55,335 bases of DNA from a virus. Taxonomy: Duplodnaviria > Caudoviricetes. A program made the translations under genes and the position numbers. The DNA lies in the IMG/VR virus record IMGVR_UViG_3300025782_000015, positions 1 through 55,335 of that record. One strand, written 5' to 3'. The notes below the pieces were generated by a model, which was given only the letters and a program-made list of their open reading frames with translations, did no database searches and was not told the origin of the DNA. How positions within the stretch are numbered: the first letter of the stretch is position 1; each line of letters opens with the position of its first letter. Below are positions 19,298 through 27,865 of this stretch, one piece after another.

Positions 19298-19536
19298 TGT
19301 TTCATCCATTACTTGAAGATCTAACAAAATTAAAAGATCAAGACTTAGAAAATAAAATAGCCGATCTCAATAAAAAATATCATGCGGCATTGAGATTTGG
19401 GCAAGGATCAGCCGCACATCAAATTACGTTGATACTAGATAGTATACAAGCAGAGAAACAGCGTAGACAATTTGAGGCCGCTCAAAAGAATAAAGAGCAG
19501 ACTCAACAATTCAACAACCTAATTAAAATAAGTTAA
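19297..19536 (+). CDS. small coiled-coil hypothetical protein
   Basis: TAATG coupling; 79 aa. Confidence 0.7.
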   Translation: MFHPLLEDLTKLKDQDLENKIADLNKKYHAALRFGQGSAAHQITLILDSIQAEKQRRQFEAAQKNKEQTQQFNNLIKIS

Positions 19537-19544
19537 ATAAAATC

Positions 19545-19916
19545 ATGTCATCAACCTTATCAAACTATCTTAGTACTAATCCAATCGATGTTAATTTTCC
19601 TGTATCAGGAGTTGATAACGATGTTCAAGGATTCAGAACCAACTACCAACATATCGTAGGTGGTCTAGATCTACTAAGCACTGAAATCACAAATTTGCAA
19701 AGCTCTGCGACAGTTTTCAACCAACAGCTATCTAGTGTGTTGTCATACAGAACAGTATTTCCACTTAGTCAACTTGGTTCTGTTGGGGATATGCAAGGCA
19801 CTATCGTATCTACTGTTACCAATAATATCGCTACAATCTATATTTGTACAGCAAATTATACAGATGGTACACAGCCAATTTGGATACAATTTACAGCCAC
19901 AAATATTGTATTCTAA
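19545..19916 (+). CDS. virion structural protein, N-terminal paralogue of 18689..19297
   Basis: FPVSGVDNDVQGFRTNY; TAAATA 5 nt upstream. Confidence 0.65.
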   Translation: MSSTLSNYLSTNPIDVNFPVSGVDNDVQGFRTNYQHIVGGLDLLSTEITNLQSSATVFNQQLSSVLSYRTVFPLSQLGSVGDMQGTIVSTVTNNIATIYICTANYTDGTQPIWIQFTATNIVF

Positions 19917-19940
19917 TACAAAACATAGTATAATGTGAGT

Positions 19941-20468
19941 ATGAAGCTCACAGAAAACAGCGAAGTAATTTTAAATGAACAGGATATATTCGAAGGTTTA
20001 TATTCTGGTAAAATTACGAGTTTGGAAAACCTAAATATAGACAATCCAGAACTGATCGCACAATTCAATCAAGCTCGTACAGCCAACGCAGATCCTATCC
20101 CAAATCTTCAACAATTTGTTCCTAGCACATTGTCTCAGGCCGAATTTGACAAGGCTAACCAAGATCAATGGTTTATGCCCAAAGAATACCAAACATATGA
20201 TATAGTAGATTACTTGTATTGTCAATGTCGCACAATAGAGCAAAAAGAACGAGTTAAGGACGAATTAAGGCTTTTTGCCCAGCATAATATGATCATGCTC
20301 TTGAAATACCTTAAATACTTGGTCGACACAATGCGTTCTAACGACATAGTGTGGGGAGTGGGCCGGGGATCTAGCGTAGCCAGTTATTGCTTGTATCTTT
20401 TAGGAGTCCACAAAATAGATAGTATTAAATACAATCTAGACATAAATGAATTTTTAAAGGAGTCCTAA
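19941..20468 (+). CDS. truncated DNA polymerase III alpha (DnaE)-like fragment
   Basis: WGVGRGSSVAS...LYLLG...D..KY.L palm motif; ends before catalytic PDID; likely leaderless ATG 19941. Confidence 0.8.
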   Translation: MKLTENSEVILNEQDIFEGLYSGKITSLENLNIDNPELIAQFNQARTANADPIPNLQQFVPSTLSQAEFDKANQDQWFMPKEYQTYDIVDYLYCQCRTIEQKERVKDELRLFAQHNMIMLLKYLKYLVDTMRSNDIVWGVGRGSSVASYCLYLLGVHKIDSIKYNLDINEFLKES

Positions 20469-20469
20469 A

Positions 20470-20661
20470 ATGGGCAAGTACAGAACAATGCAAGGCAAAG
20501 AAGTAGACATGGACAAGCTAATGCTTAAAAATGAAATGATGCCAGCAGTAGGAAATGTTAGAATGAATGCTCGCGGAGATGAACTAGGCCCAGGTGGCAA
20601 GGTAGTCAAGACCCGTGAAGAAATCATGGCAGAAAAATACAAAAATCAAAACAGAAATTAA
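20470..20661 (+). CDS. conserved-looking phage hypothetical protein
   Basis: SD AAGGAG; AVGN..MNARGD.LG.GG. Confidence 0.75.
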   Translation: MGKYRTMQGKEVDMDKLMLKNEMMPAVGNVRMNARGDELGPGGKVVKTREEIMAEKYKNQNRN

Positions 20662-20670
20662 GAGGTAATA

Positions 20671-21078
20671 GTGTTTAATAAATCAGGGTCTATCACAAAG
20701 ATAAGCGGAACTTTCAAACCGTTACACGATAAAGTATTTGTCACAGACATGGAGTTTGGTGATGAAGTTACTCAAAGCGGAATCGTACTGAGAAGCGATA
20801 ACGGCAAGAGCGAAGGTATCCATCCTCGCTGGGGTCGTGTTTGGGCAGTTGGTCCAAAACAGAAAGATGTCAAAGTAGGTGAATGGCTCTTGATCGAACA
20901 CAGTCGTTGGACCCGCACTATCAATTATGAAGAAGCAGATGGTACTATCGTTCCAATTCGAATGGTTGAGCTAAATGCTATCATCCTAGTATCGGATGAA
21001 AAGCCAGAGAATAGCGTAATGCGCAGTACTGTAGTTGGTGCTGGTTCAAACGTAAACTTTAACATCCCAGGCGCTTAA
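20671..21078 (+). CDS. groES: GroES/Cpn10-like co-chaperonin
   Basis: KPLHDKV, T.SGIV, G.V.AVGP, VKVG. Confidence 0.82.
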   Translation: MFNKSGSITKISGTFKPLHDKVFVTDMEFGDEVTQSGIVLRSDNGKSEGIHPRWGRVWAVGPKQKDVKVGEWLLIEHSRWTRTINYEEADGTIVPIRMVELNAIILVSDEKPENSVMRSTVVGAGSNVNFNIPGA

Positions 21079-21096
21079 CAAATCAGTTAACCCGAT

Positions 21097-21125
21097 AAAA
21101 AGATGCCTTTTTGGGCATCTTTTTT
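21097..21125. terminator. bidirectional intrinsic terminator
   Basis: AAAAAGATGCCT-TTTT-GGGCATCTTTTTT. Confidence 0.85.
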
Positions 21126-21126
21126 A

Positions 21127-21159
21127 TTGACTATTATAAGTATTATTGTTACAATAGTA
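21127..21159 (+). promoter_or_regulatory. sigma70-type promoter with palindrome over -10
   Basis: TTGACT-N17-TACAAT (TGn); TATTATTGT-T-ACAATAGTA near-palindrome 21141-21159. Confidence 0.7.
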
Positions 21160-21224
21160 ACACGCTTGTTAATCCTAGTCCATGGTGTGACCGGGTACAA
21201 GAACTTTAAACAAGGAGAACTCAA

Positions 21225-23189
21225 ATGAGCCATACAATCGGCGTAGACAATTCTGGTGTTATTACCAGCCTTTTAGTAAAAGATCATCCAGAATGGATGT
21301 GGTACAGAGAAGCCATACAAAACGCTCTCGAAGCAACCAAAACTTACATTTCCCAAAAAAACATAGAATCCGCAGACATAAAGGTGCGTAAACTTCACCT
21401 TAAAGGTCTAATTGAGCAGGATGGGTTTGATACCTTTAAGAATAAACTATCCGTTCTTAATCTTGGAGGCATGTCTGCCACTGAGTTAGTTAAAGCACTA
21501 AAACTTGGAGGTAGCGGTAAAACGGCCAGCCTCAACGCTAACTACGGGGTTGGTATTAAAACTTCAGTCCTTAACTGGAGTGATTTGCTAATCATCACCT
21601 ATAAAAGCGGTATCGGGCATTTTGCCTGGTTAGGCAAAGAATACACTAATGGAATTGATTTCAATATTGTAGCGTATTCTGATGACGGACAAGGATCGCC
21701 TATTGAAGAATGTACTGCCTGGGTTAAAACAAATGCCGAAGATCGCGGGTACAATCTAAATCAAGACTTTACCGAAGTTGTTATCCTTGGACAAGAAGTA
21801 AACCAAGATACTTACCTTAACACGTTTGGTTTTGGACCGGATGGCGAGGAGCGTAAAAAAGTTAACGCTAGTCACATTAAAGAAAATCTATGTAAGCGTT
21901 ATTTTAGGTTACCTGAAAACATCAGGATTAAAATAGACCCAAGTGCTAACAACGAAACAGGTGATAAGGGTTCTACGGTTAACTTTATGACCTTCTTAGA
22001 GGCATTCGAAAAAGCACAAGCAAATCCTAAAATTACAATGATGGGCGGCGAAGCCCCTCAGCATGAAACTGTAGAGACGGAAGAAGGTATTAAAATACAT
22101 TACTTTTGGGATGGCCCTTGCGGAGAAGCATACTCATCTCCTAAACTACCTTCAACCGAACAGTACCTTCAATCTTGGAGTTGGCCAGTAGCGTTTAGTG
22201 GATTTGTATGGCGTGATGAGATTTATGACCCCCAAGTTAATACTCACCGAAAGTGGAAAACAGTAGCCTTTAGACTTGGTATCCAAGACAACTTTAGTTA
22301 TTTTAGGATCTTTGTAGAAATGCCAGATCGTGCTGTGACCACAGACAAATATCGTGTCGACCTCCACAACGGCGTTTCTAAACTGGATTTCGACAGTGAC
22401 GAAAATCTCTATATGATTATGGCAAATATGCCAGAATGGTATAAGGAAAAAACTAAAGAAACAAAGAAGGATCTAAAAACAGATCTCGACGAGGCTCTGC
22501 GGGATATGTTTGCTAAGTACATGGATCTTGATCGACCATTAATTGGCAAGCCATCTCAAAATCAAGGACCAGTTGCTAAACGAAGCCAAGGGCAAACTCC
22601 AAGCCAACCGTCTAAGCCTAAAGGCGGAAAAGGTTCTGTACAGAAAAACTTTAAGAATCCGCAGTTCAATCAACCCGATGTTCCTGCTATTAGAGAAGCA
22701 ACTGACGAAGAAATTAAACAATGGCAGATTAAAGATAATTTTGGATATCTAATTGAAAAAGGTGGAGATAACGGTCGAGACCTTTTAATCTACAATCCAA
22801 ACTATAAGAGAATTGAAAAAATCGCAAGTTTGTCTGTTTCTAAAATGCCCGATCCGGAACTTTATTTTGAAGTGGCAAAAGAACAAGCTAAAGAACATCT
22901 AATCTTAAATTCTGCTCTTTGGGTTATGATTTGTCGTCATCAAATTGCCGCAGACAAAATGACACTAGATGAGTTTGGTGTTAGCACTAGTAGTGACTTT
23001 TTAGATACTTACATTTTTGCCCGCGAGCTTCAAGTATCTGAAGATGTTGGCAGAGAGATTAAATCTCAGTGGAAACGAGATCAAAAAATAATCGACGGTG
23101 ATACAGTTGATGTGACAAACATGTCGGCTTTAGAAAGAAGGTTAGTCACATCTGGTGGCAAACTTCCGTCTAATTTATTTACAGAATAA
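21225..23189 (+). CDS. GHKL (MORC/Hsp90-like) ATPase domain protein
   Basis: N-box REAIQNALEA, G1-like NLGGM, G2 box GGSGK...NYGVGIK. Confidence 0.72.
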   Translation: MSHTIGVDNSGVITSLLVKDHPEWMWYREAIQNALEATKTYISQKNIESADIKVRKLHLKGLIEQDGFDTFKNKLSVLNLGGMSATELVKALKLGGSGKTASLNANYGVGIKTSVLNWSDLLIITYKSGIGHFAWLGKEYTNGIDFNIVAYSDDGQGSPIEECTAWVKTNAEDRGYNLNQDFTEVVILGQEVNQDTYLNTFGFGPDGEERKKVNASHIKENLCKRYFRLPENIRIKIDPSANNETGDKGSTVNFMTFLEAFEKAQANPKITMMGGEAPQHETVETEEGIKIHYFWDGPCGEAYSSPKLPSTEQYLQSWSWPVAFSGFVWRDEIYDPQVNTHRKWKTVAFRLGIQDNFSYFRIFVEMPDRAVTTDKYRVDLHNGVSKLDFDSDENLYMIMANMPEWYKEKTKETKKDLKTDLDEALRDMFAKYMDLDRPLIGKPSQNQGPVAKRSQGQTPSQPSKPKGGKGSVQKNFKNPQFNQPDVPAIREATDEEIKQWQIKDNFGYLIEKGGDNGRDLLIYNPNYKRIEKIASLSVSKMPDPELYFEVAKEQAKEHLILNSALWVMICRHQIAADKMTLDEFGVSTSSDFLDTYIFARELQVSEDVGREIKSQWKRDQKIIDGDTVDVTNMSALERRLVTSGGKLPSNLFTE

Positions 23190-23214
23190 TTAGTGGGCAT
23201 TGCGCCCACTAATT
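23188..23214. terminator. 11-bp perfect intergenic hairpin (terminator or processing/stability element)
   Basis: AATTAGTGGGC-ATTGC-GCCCACTAATT; weak U tract. Confidence 0.55.
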
Positions 23215-23242
23215 TAAATCAAAGCCTACAAGGAAAACAACA

Positions 23243-23506
23243 ATGAATAAAAAAGAAAATCCCGGACGCAAACGCATATTAGATATCTTAAAAGATTTAA
23301 ACAAAGATCCAGCAGACAACACTCTACAAGTGTTTGGCAATGCACACGGTCTATATAATGAAATCATGCAATCTATTAAATTTGAAACAGATATCAATCA
23401 AGTAAAAGAAACAGTCGAGTACTATGTTGACATTATTTGTAATAATATGCCAGACGGTGCGGCTACCACAATATTAAAAGAAATTTACGGTATTGAAGAA
23501 AAATAA
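23243..23506 (+). CDS. small helical hypothetical protein
   Basis: SD AAGGA; 87 aa. Confidence 0.7.
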   Translation: MNKKENPGRKRILDILKDLNKDPADNTLQVFGNAHGLYNEIMQSIKFETDINQVKETVEYYVDIICNNMPDGAATTILKEIYGIEEK

Positions 23507-23544
23507 AATAGGGGCTTGACAGGCCCTATTTTATTCTGTATAAT
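23502..23544 (+). promoter_or_regulatory. terminator-like hairpin with -35 in its loop; sigma70 promoter giving a leaderless mRNA
   Basis: AATAAAATAGGG/CCCTATTTTATT stem; TTGACA 23516-23521, N17, TATAAT 23539-23544; ATG 7 nt after. Confidence 0.75.
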
Positions 23545-23550
23545 GTTAGC

Positions 23551-24027
23551 ATGATCTTCAACAAAATAAAACAATTAAAAGCAGAAGGTAAAAGAATTGG
23601 TATAACTTTTAGCCAATTTGATATGTTACATGCAGGCCATATAGCCATGCTAAGTGAAGTTAGAAACCATTGCGATTATTTGATTGCAGGATTGCAAAAT
23701 AATGCACAATGGGATCGCCCAGAAAAAAATGCACCTATTCAAAGTATTGTTGAACGACAGATACAATTAAGTGCTGTTCGATATGTGGACGAAATTGTTG
23801 TTTACAATACCGAAAAAGACTTAGAAGACATATTGCTAACTCTACCAATTGATGTTAGAATATTAGGTGTAGAGTATAAAGAAAAAGCGTTCACAGGTAA
23901 AGCTATCTGTGAACAGCGTGGAATTGAAATTATCTACAACGGACGTGACCACAGTTTTAGTTCAAGCAGTCTACGCAAACGTGTGGTGGAGGCCGAAAGG
24001 GAGAAAGAGAATAATGGAAAAATGTAA
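23551..24027 (+). CDS. cytidylyltransferase (TagD-like, HxGH family)
   Basis: FDMLHAGH, ER, VRYVDE, SSSSLR. Confidence 0.85.
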   Translation: MIFNKIKQLKAEGKRIGITFSQFDMLHAGHIAMLSEVRNHCDYLIAGLQNNAQWDRPEKNAPIQSIVERQIQLSAVRYVDEIVVYNTEKDLEDILLTLPIDVRILGVEYKEKAFTGKAICEQRGIEIIYNGRDHSFSSSSLRKRVVEAEREKENNGKM

Positions 24028-24169
24028 AACATGTGGAAACGAGATATCACCGGATTGCAACTGGCGTCAAGGTCGGTGTCCCCATCGTACACCGTTAATG
24101 AACGATATTATATTAGATGATTACAAGGCAAGATTTTATAATTTACTCAATTGGTTTAGGAGAAAATAA
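24014..24169 (+). CDS. small Cys-rich hypothetical protein
   Basis: CKTC...C.W.QGRCPH; start ATG 24014. Confidence 0.6.
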   Translation: MEKCKTCGNEISPDCNWRQGRCPHRTPLMNDIILDDYKARFYNLLNWFRRK

Positions 24170-24360
24170 TGGCAGGAAAAGGAAGTAGACGGAGACCAAC
24201 TAAGGTTCCTTTGGATGTAGTTGATAAGAATTTTGAAACCATCTTCGGAAAGAAAGAACCACGTAAACAATGGGTTCCTCCCCCATTAGTATTAAAACCA
24301 GAACCTAAAAAACAAGGCATTACATTTAACAAGGAAACAAAAGATGCAAGTGAGAGCTAA
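24169..24360 (+). CDS. basic hypothetical protein
   Basis: SD AGGAG; MAGKGSRRRP. Confidence 0.65.
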   Translation: MAGKGSRRRPTKVPLDVVDKNFETIFGKKEPRKQWVPPPLVLKPEPKKQGITFNKETKDASES

Positions 24361-24547
24361 TCCAGAAGGTAAAATTGGCACATGCGGTTGCGGTCGTTCA
24401 CCTACAGGTGACTGTATCGGCTGGCATGGACTTAACGAAACTCAATTAAAAGCCGCCCAGGACAAGTGGGATTTAGATCAATACGCAAAACAAGCACAAG
24501 ATATTTGGAGTGATAGTTGTACTACCCCAAGGACTAATAATGATTGA
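24344..24547 (+). CDS. CDGSH-like iron-sulfur/zinc-finger protein
   Basis: CGCGRSPTGDCIGWH resembles CxCxxS...CxGxH. Confidence 0.7.
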   Translation: MQVRANPEGKIGTCGCGRSPTGDCIGWHGLNETQLKAAQDKWDLDQYAKQAQDIWSDSCTTPRTNND

Positions 24548-25463
24548 ATTATGGACTGAAAAATATCGCCCTAAAACTGTAGACGGTTATGTGTTTGCGG
24601 ACGAGAATCAACGTAGACAAGTTAAAACTTGGATCAAAGACAAATCAATCCCGCATCTACTGTTAAGCGGAAGTCCGGGCATTGGCAAGACTACCCTTGC
24701 TAAAATCATCTTAAATGAAATTGGCATCGAAGCATACGACATTTTAGAAATCAATGCCAGTCGAGATAACGGTGTTGACTTCCTTAAGACTAAGATCCTT
24801 AGTTTTGCGCAGATGATTCCTTTCGGTCCATTTAAAGTCATCTTGTTAGATGAGGCAGACTACTTGTCAATAAACGCACAGGCAGTATTGCGGGGCGCTA
24901 TGGAAGAATACGCTGATACAGCACGTTTTATCCTAACCTGTAATCACAAACAAAAGATTATGGAAGCTATTCGTAGTCGTTGCCAGCACTTCCATATTGA
25001 AAAAACAGATCAAGTAGAATATACTGCACGTGTGGCTACTATTCTTGTTAATGAGAATGTTGAATTTGATCTTGATACATTAGATACCTTTGTTAAGATC
25101 GCTTATCCAGACCTGCGGAAGTGTATCAATCTAGTTTCACAGAACGTCTATGAAGGCAAATTAACATTGCCTAGCGCAAGTACCAGCACAGGTGACGGTG
25201 ACTATAAAGTAGAAATGGTTACTTTGTTCAAGAAAGGTGCTATCCAAGAAGCACGTAAATTGTTGTGTGCAAGAGCTCGTCCAGAAGAGATGGGAGAGAT
25301 CTATCGTTGGATGTATGATAACATCGAATTGTTTGGTAAGACAGATGAACAGAAAGATTCTGCTATTATCATTATCAAGCAAGGATTGTTAGATAATGAT
25401 CTTATCGCTGATCCAGAAATCAATTTGTCAGCAACAATGGTTAAACTTGCACGTTTGCAATGA
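24540..25463 (+). CDS. clamp loader AAA+ subunit (RFC small / T4 gp44-like)
   Basis: WTEKYRP, GSPGIGKT, EINAS, LDEAD, SRC, DLRK. Confidence 0.93.
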   Translation: MIELWTEKYRPKTVDGYVFADENQRRQVKTWIKDKSIPHLLLSGSPGIGKTTLAKIILNEIGIEAYDILEINASRDNGVDFLKTKILSFAQMIPFGPFKVILLDEADYLSINAQAVLRGAMEEYADTARFILTCNHKQKIMEAIRSRCQHFHIEKTDQVEYTARVATILVNENVEFDLDTLDTFVKIAYPDLRKCINLVSQNVYEGKLTLPSASTSTGDGDYKVEMVTLFKKGAIQEARKLLCARARPEEMGEIYRWMYDNIELFGKTDEQKDSAIIIIKQGLLDNDLIADPEINLSATMVKLARLQ

Positions 25464-26131
25464 TCAAGTATGTACCAGTTCCTATAACAGAGCATGATGC
25501 TTTGTTAGGAAAAGACTTTAGCAAGAACTTTGAACTTGAGATGAAGGAGTATTATGCTCCGTTTATCAAGAAAGGTCGCAAGATACAACTGGCTAAAGAA
25601 ACATGGGAGTATGGTGTTGCTGACAGTATACCGGGCGCAGATTGGTTAGGTAGTGGTAACAACGTAGTAGATGTTAAGGCCCCTGCATTGGATATGGATG
25701 TTAAGGGCCTTAGCTGTGCTAAACTAGGTAAAGAATCTACCGAAGCCAGTTTCTTACAGAATCTAGCCAAAGGCGCAGATGGCTATAGTACTGCTTGGGC
25801 AAATAAAGACTGGGCTACATTGAAAACTATTTTTGTAGATCCGTTAGAAGCCAAACACGTAGGTACAAACAATCTCCATCTGCTAGTTATTGTTCGAACT
25901 AAAAATGACCTGGGTGTGCATTATGGACTTCTAAAGGCTGTTCCTAATCCTCTAGATCAACCTAAATTCCTTGCAGAAATGAAGCAACATGCCGGCCGTT
26001 CTGTTAGTATCCCTATGATAGATGAAGAGTTTGGACGTACATATATTTGCATCAGCAAACGTAGATTAGAAATTAGAATCGATACAGCAGGAATGGCTCC
26101 ATTCCTAAAGTTTTCACATTATTCCAAATGA
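25460..26131 (+). CDS. putative PD-(D/E)xK nuclease / restriction endonuclease-like protein
   Basis: ETWE...VVDV......MDVK pattern. Confidence 0.45.
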   Translation: MIKYVPVPITEHDALLGKDFSKNFELEMKEYYAPFIKKGRKIQLAKETWEYGVADSIPGADWLGSGNNVVDVKAPALDMDVKGLSCAKLGKESTEASFLQNLAKGADGYSTAWANKDWATLKTIFVDPLEAKHVGTNNLHLLVIVRTKNDLGVHYGLLKAVPNPLDQPKFLAEMKQHAGRSVSIPMIDEEFGRTYICISKRRLEIRIDTAGMAPFLKFSHYSK

Positions 26132-26141
26132 TTTTGGATAA

Positions 26142-26178
26142 ATCAGTATTTGACATTACTAAATACTGATGCTATACT
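26142..26178 (+). promoter_or_regulatory. sigma70 promoter with 10-bp perfect inverted repeat over -35
   Basis: ATCAGTATTT-N9-AAATACTGAT; TTGACA 26150-26155, N17, TATACT 26173-26178. Confidence 0.8.
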
Positions 26179-26259
26179 ATTAGCACAGTAAGAGATTGAG
26201 CCTTTGGGCTCAATATAAAAACTCTTAATTATTGTTAGTAAACTTTTAAGGAGGTTGAA

Positions 26260-27159
26260 ATGACCACAGTACTTAGATCTATCTCTCGCGAATCTTCAAC
26301 AGATTTTGCCGACCCAGAAGCTTTATATCAAGCTGAACTTTTAAAACAAACAGAACACGTAGACCGTCTCAAATCTGAGATGGAAAATATCTACGATTTA
26401 ACTGCCAACTTTGCATCCGACCTTGATGGGTCAAAAGGACTTGCAGTATTCGGACCACCGGGTGTTGGTAAAACAAAAATGGTGACTCAAGCCCTTATCG
26501 ATGCTCATGCTAGTGTCGAATATCATAAAGGCGCTGATATGAGTGCGGCTGGCTTGTACGGACTCCTTTGGTTTAATCGAAAACCAAATCGTGTATTGGT
26601 ATTAGACGACGTAGACTTAAACAAAGGTGGACAAGATAGTAAGGCAATTATTGCATTACTTAAAAGTGCTACCGAAATGACGTTTAGACCCCGAGAAATA
26701 TCTTGGATCAAAGCGTCACCTAATGCGCAGATGCGTGAACACAATATTCCTTCAAAGTTTGAATACTGGGGTAATATTATTTGGATTACAAATGATCGTC
26801 CAGAAGATCTATTAAAAAAGCAATCCACAGCAAAACATTTTTCTGCACTTGTCGGTGAAGGCGGCCGATTTACTCCAGCAATACTTGATTGGAATAAAAA
26901 AGACAAATATCTTTGGACAAAATATCTAATCGAAGAACAAGATATGCTTGGCAAAAACTGCGAAAGTAGGAAAGACGGGTATGATGAAGAAATTATTAGA
27001 GACGTGTTAGGATTCTTTAAAAAATATTATCCTAACTTAGTCGGCATTACTCCCCGATATGCTACAAAAGTTGCTCATAATAGATATCGCTTCCCTGATA
27101 AATGGGAAAAAATGAGTTTACTTGCCAATTCTATTGAGGTAGAACATGTTCAAAAGTAA
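26260..27159 (+). CDS. AAA-like P-loop ATPase
   Basis: Walker A GPPGVGKT, Walker B LVLDDVD, sensor-like IIWITN. Confidence 0.8.
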   Translation: MTTVLRSISRESSTDFADPEALYQAELLKQTEHVDRLKSEMENIYDLTANFASDLDGSKGLAVFGPPGVGKTKMVTQALIDAHASVEYHKGADMSAAGLYGLLWFNRKPNRVLVLDDVDLNKGGQDSKAIIALLKSATEMTFRPREISWIKASPNAQMREHNIPSKFEYWGNIIWITNDRPEDLLKKQSTAKHFSALVGEGGRFTPAILDWNKKDKYLWTKYLIEEQDMLGKNCESRKDGYDEEIIRDVLGFFKKYYPNLVGITPRYATKVAHNRYRFPDKWEKMSLLANSIEVEHVQK

Positions 27160-27598
27160 TCTACCAGACTGGTTTGACCCTAGTCGACAACACTATCCTA
27201 TCCGCCCAGATAATGTTTCTCGAGGAAAAGAAAAAGCTCCACAAATAGCAGAGACAGTAAAGCAATTACACCAAGTCCCAGATGGTCCTTATTCTGAATG
27301 GAAAACTGGTCGTCCATCGATGGACAGAACTAATTTAGGGAACAATATTAAAGATATTGAAAAACATAGAACTATCTGTAGGGATGCAACTTTAAAATCT
27401 TTAACGGATCCTACTGTCCTAGAAAACCGTGCTAAGGGGTATGATAAAAAAGGTAATACATGTCAGGGGCCGGATGGCACTATATATTCAACTACAGCAA
27501 AAGCTAGAGATACTACTGGAATTAATGTCCATACGTTACGAAGCTGGTGTAAAAAAGAATTAAATGGATGGAAATATATTAAAAAGGAAAACAAATAA
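27146..27598 (+). CDS. protein with C-terminal NUMOD1-like HTH DNA-binding domain
   Basis: PDGTIYS...A....GI...TLRSWC....GW.Y; no nuclease motif seen. Confidence 0.55.
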   Translation: MFKSNLPDWFDPSRQHYPIRPDNVSRGKEKAPQIAETVKQLHQVPDGPYSEWKTGRPSMDRTNLGNNIKDIEKHRTICRDATLKSLTDPTVLENRAKGYDKKGNTCQGPDGTIYSTTAKARDTTGINVHTLRSWCKKELNGWKYIKKENK

Positions 27599-27792
27599 TG
27601 GATAATAACGAAGACATGTTTCCCGAAGTTCCAAAAGGTAGTCGTGTTAAAAAAATATTGGAAATATTAAATCAAGACACTACTGAGTTATACGAGCATC
27701 CTGTATATAAAGAAGGGTTTGTAGACGGACAGCGAGAAGCAGAAGAAAGATCTAAAGAAACAATAAAATATCTTACTAGTTTAATTAGATAA
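27598..27792 (+). CDS. small hypothetical protein
   Basis: TAATG coupling; SD AAGGA. Confidence 0.65.
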   Translation: MDNNEDMFPEVPKGSRVKKILEILNQDTTELYEHPVYKEGFVDGQREAEERSKETIKYLTSLIR

Positions 27793-27796
27793 TTAA

Positions 27797-27841
27797 AAAC
27801 CGCACATTCCACGATTGCAGGTCGGGTTGAATGTGCGGTTT
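27797..27841 (-). terminator. long hairpin between convergent genes (phoH terminator)
   Basis: AAACCGCACATTC/GAATGTGCGGTTT 13-bp stem; U tract on minus strand. Confidence 0.75.
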
Positions 27842-27865
27842 GGTGTTTGTTAGTGTATGGGTGAA

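Noticed and set aside
27146-27598. Homing endonuclease
   Set aside because: Only the NUMOD/HTH-like tail is visible; no GIY-YIG or HNH motif.
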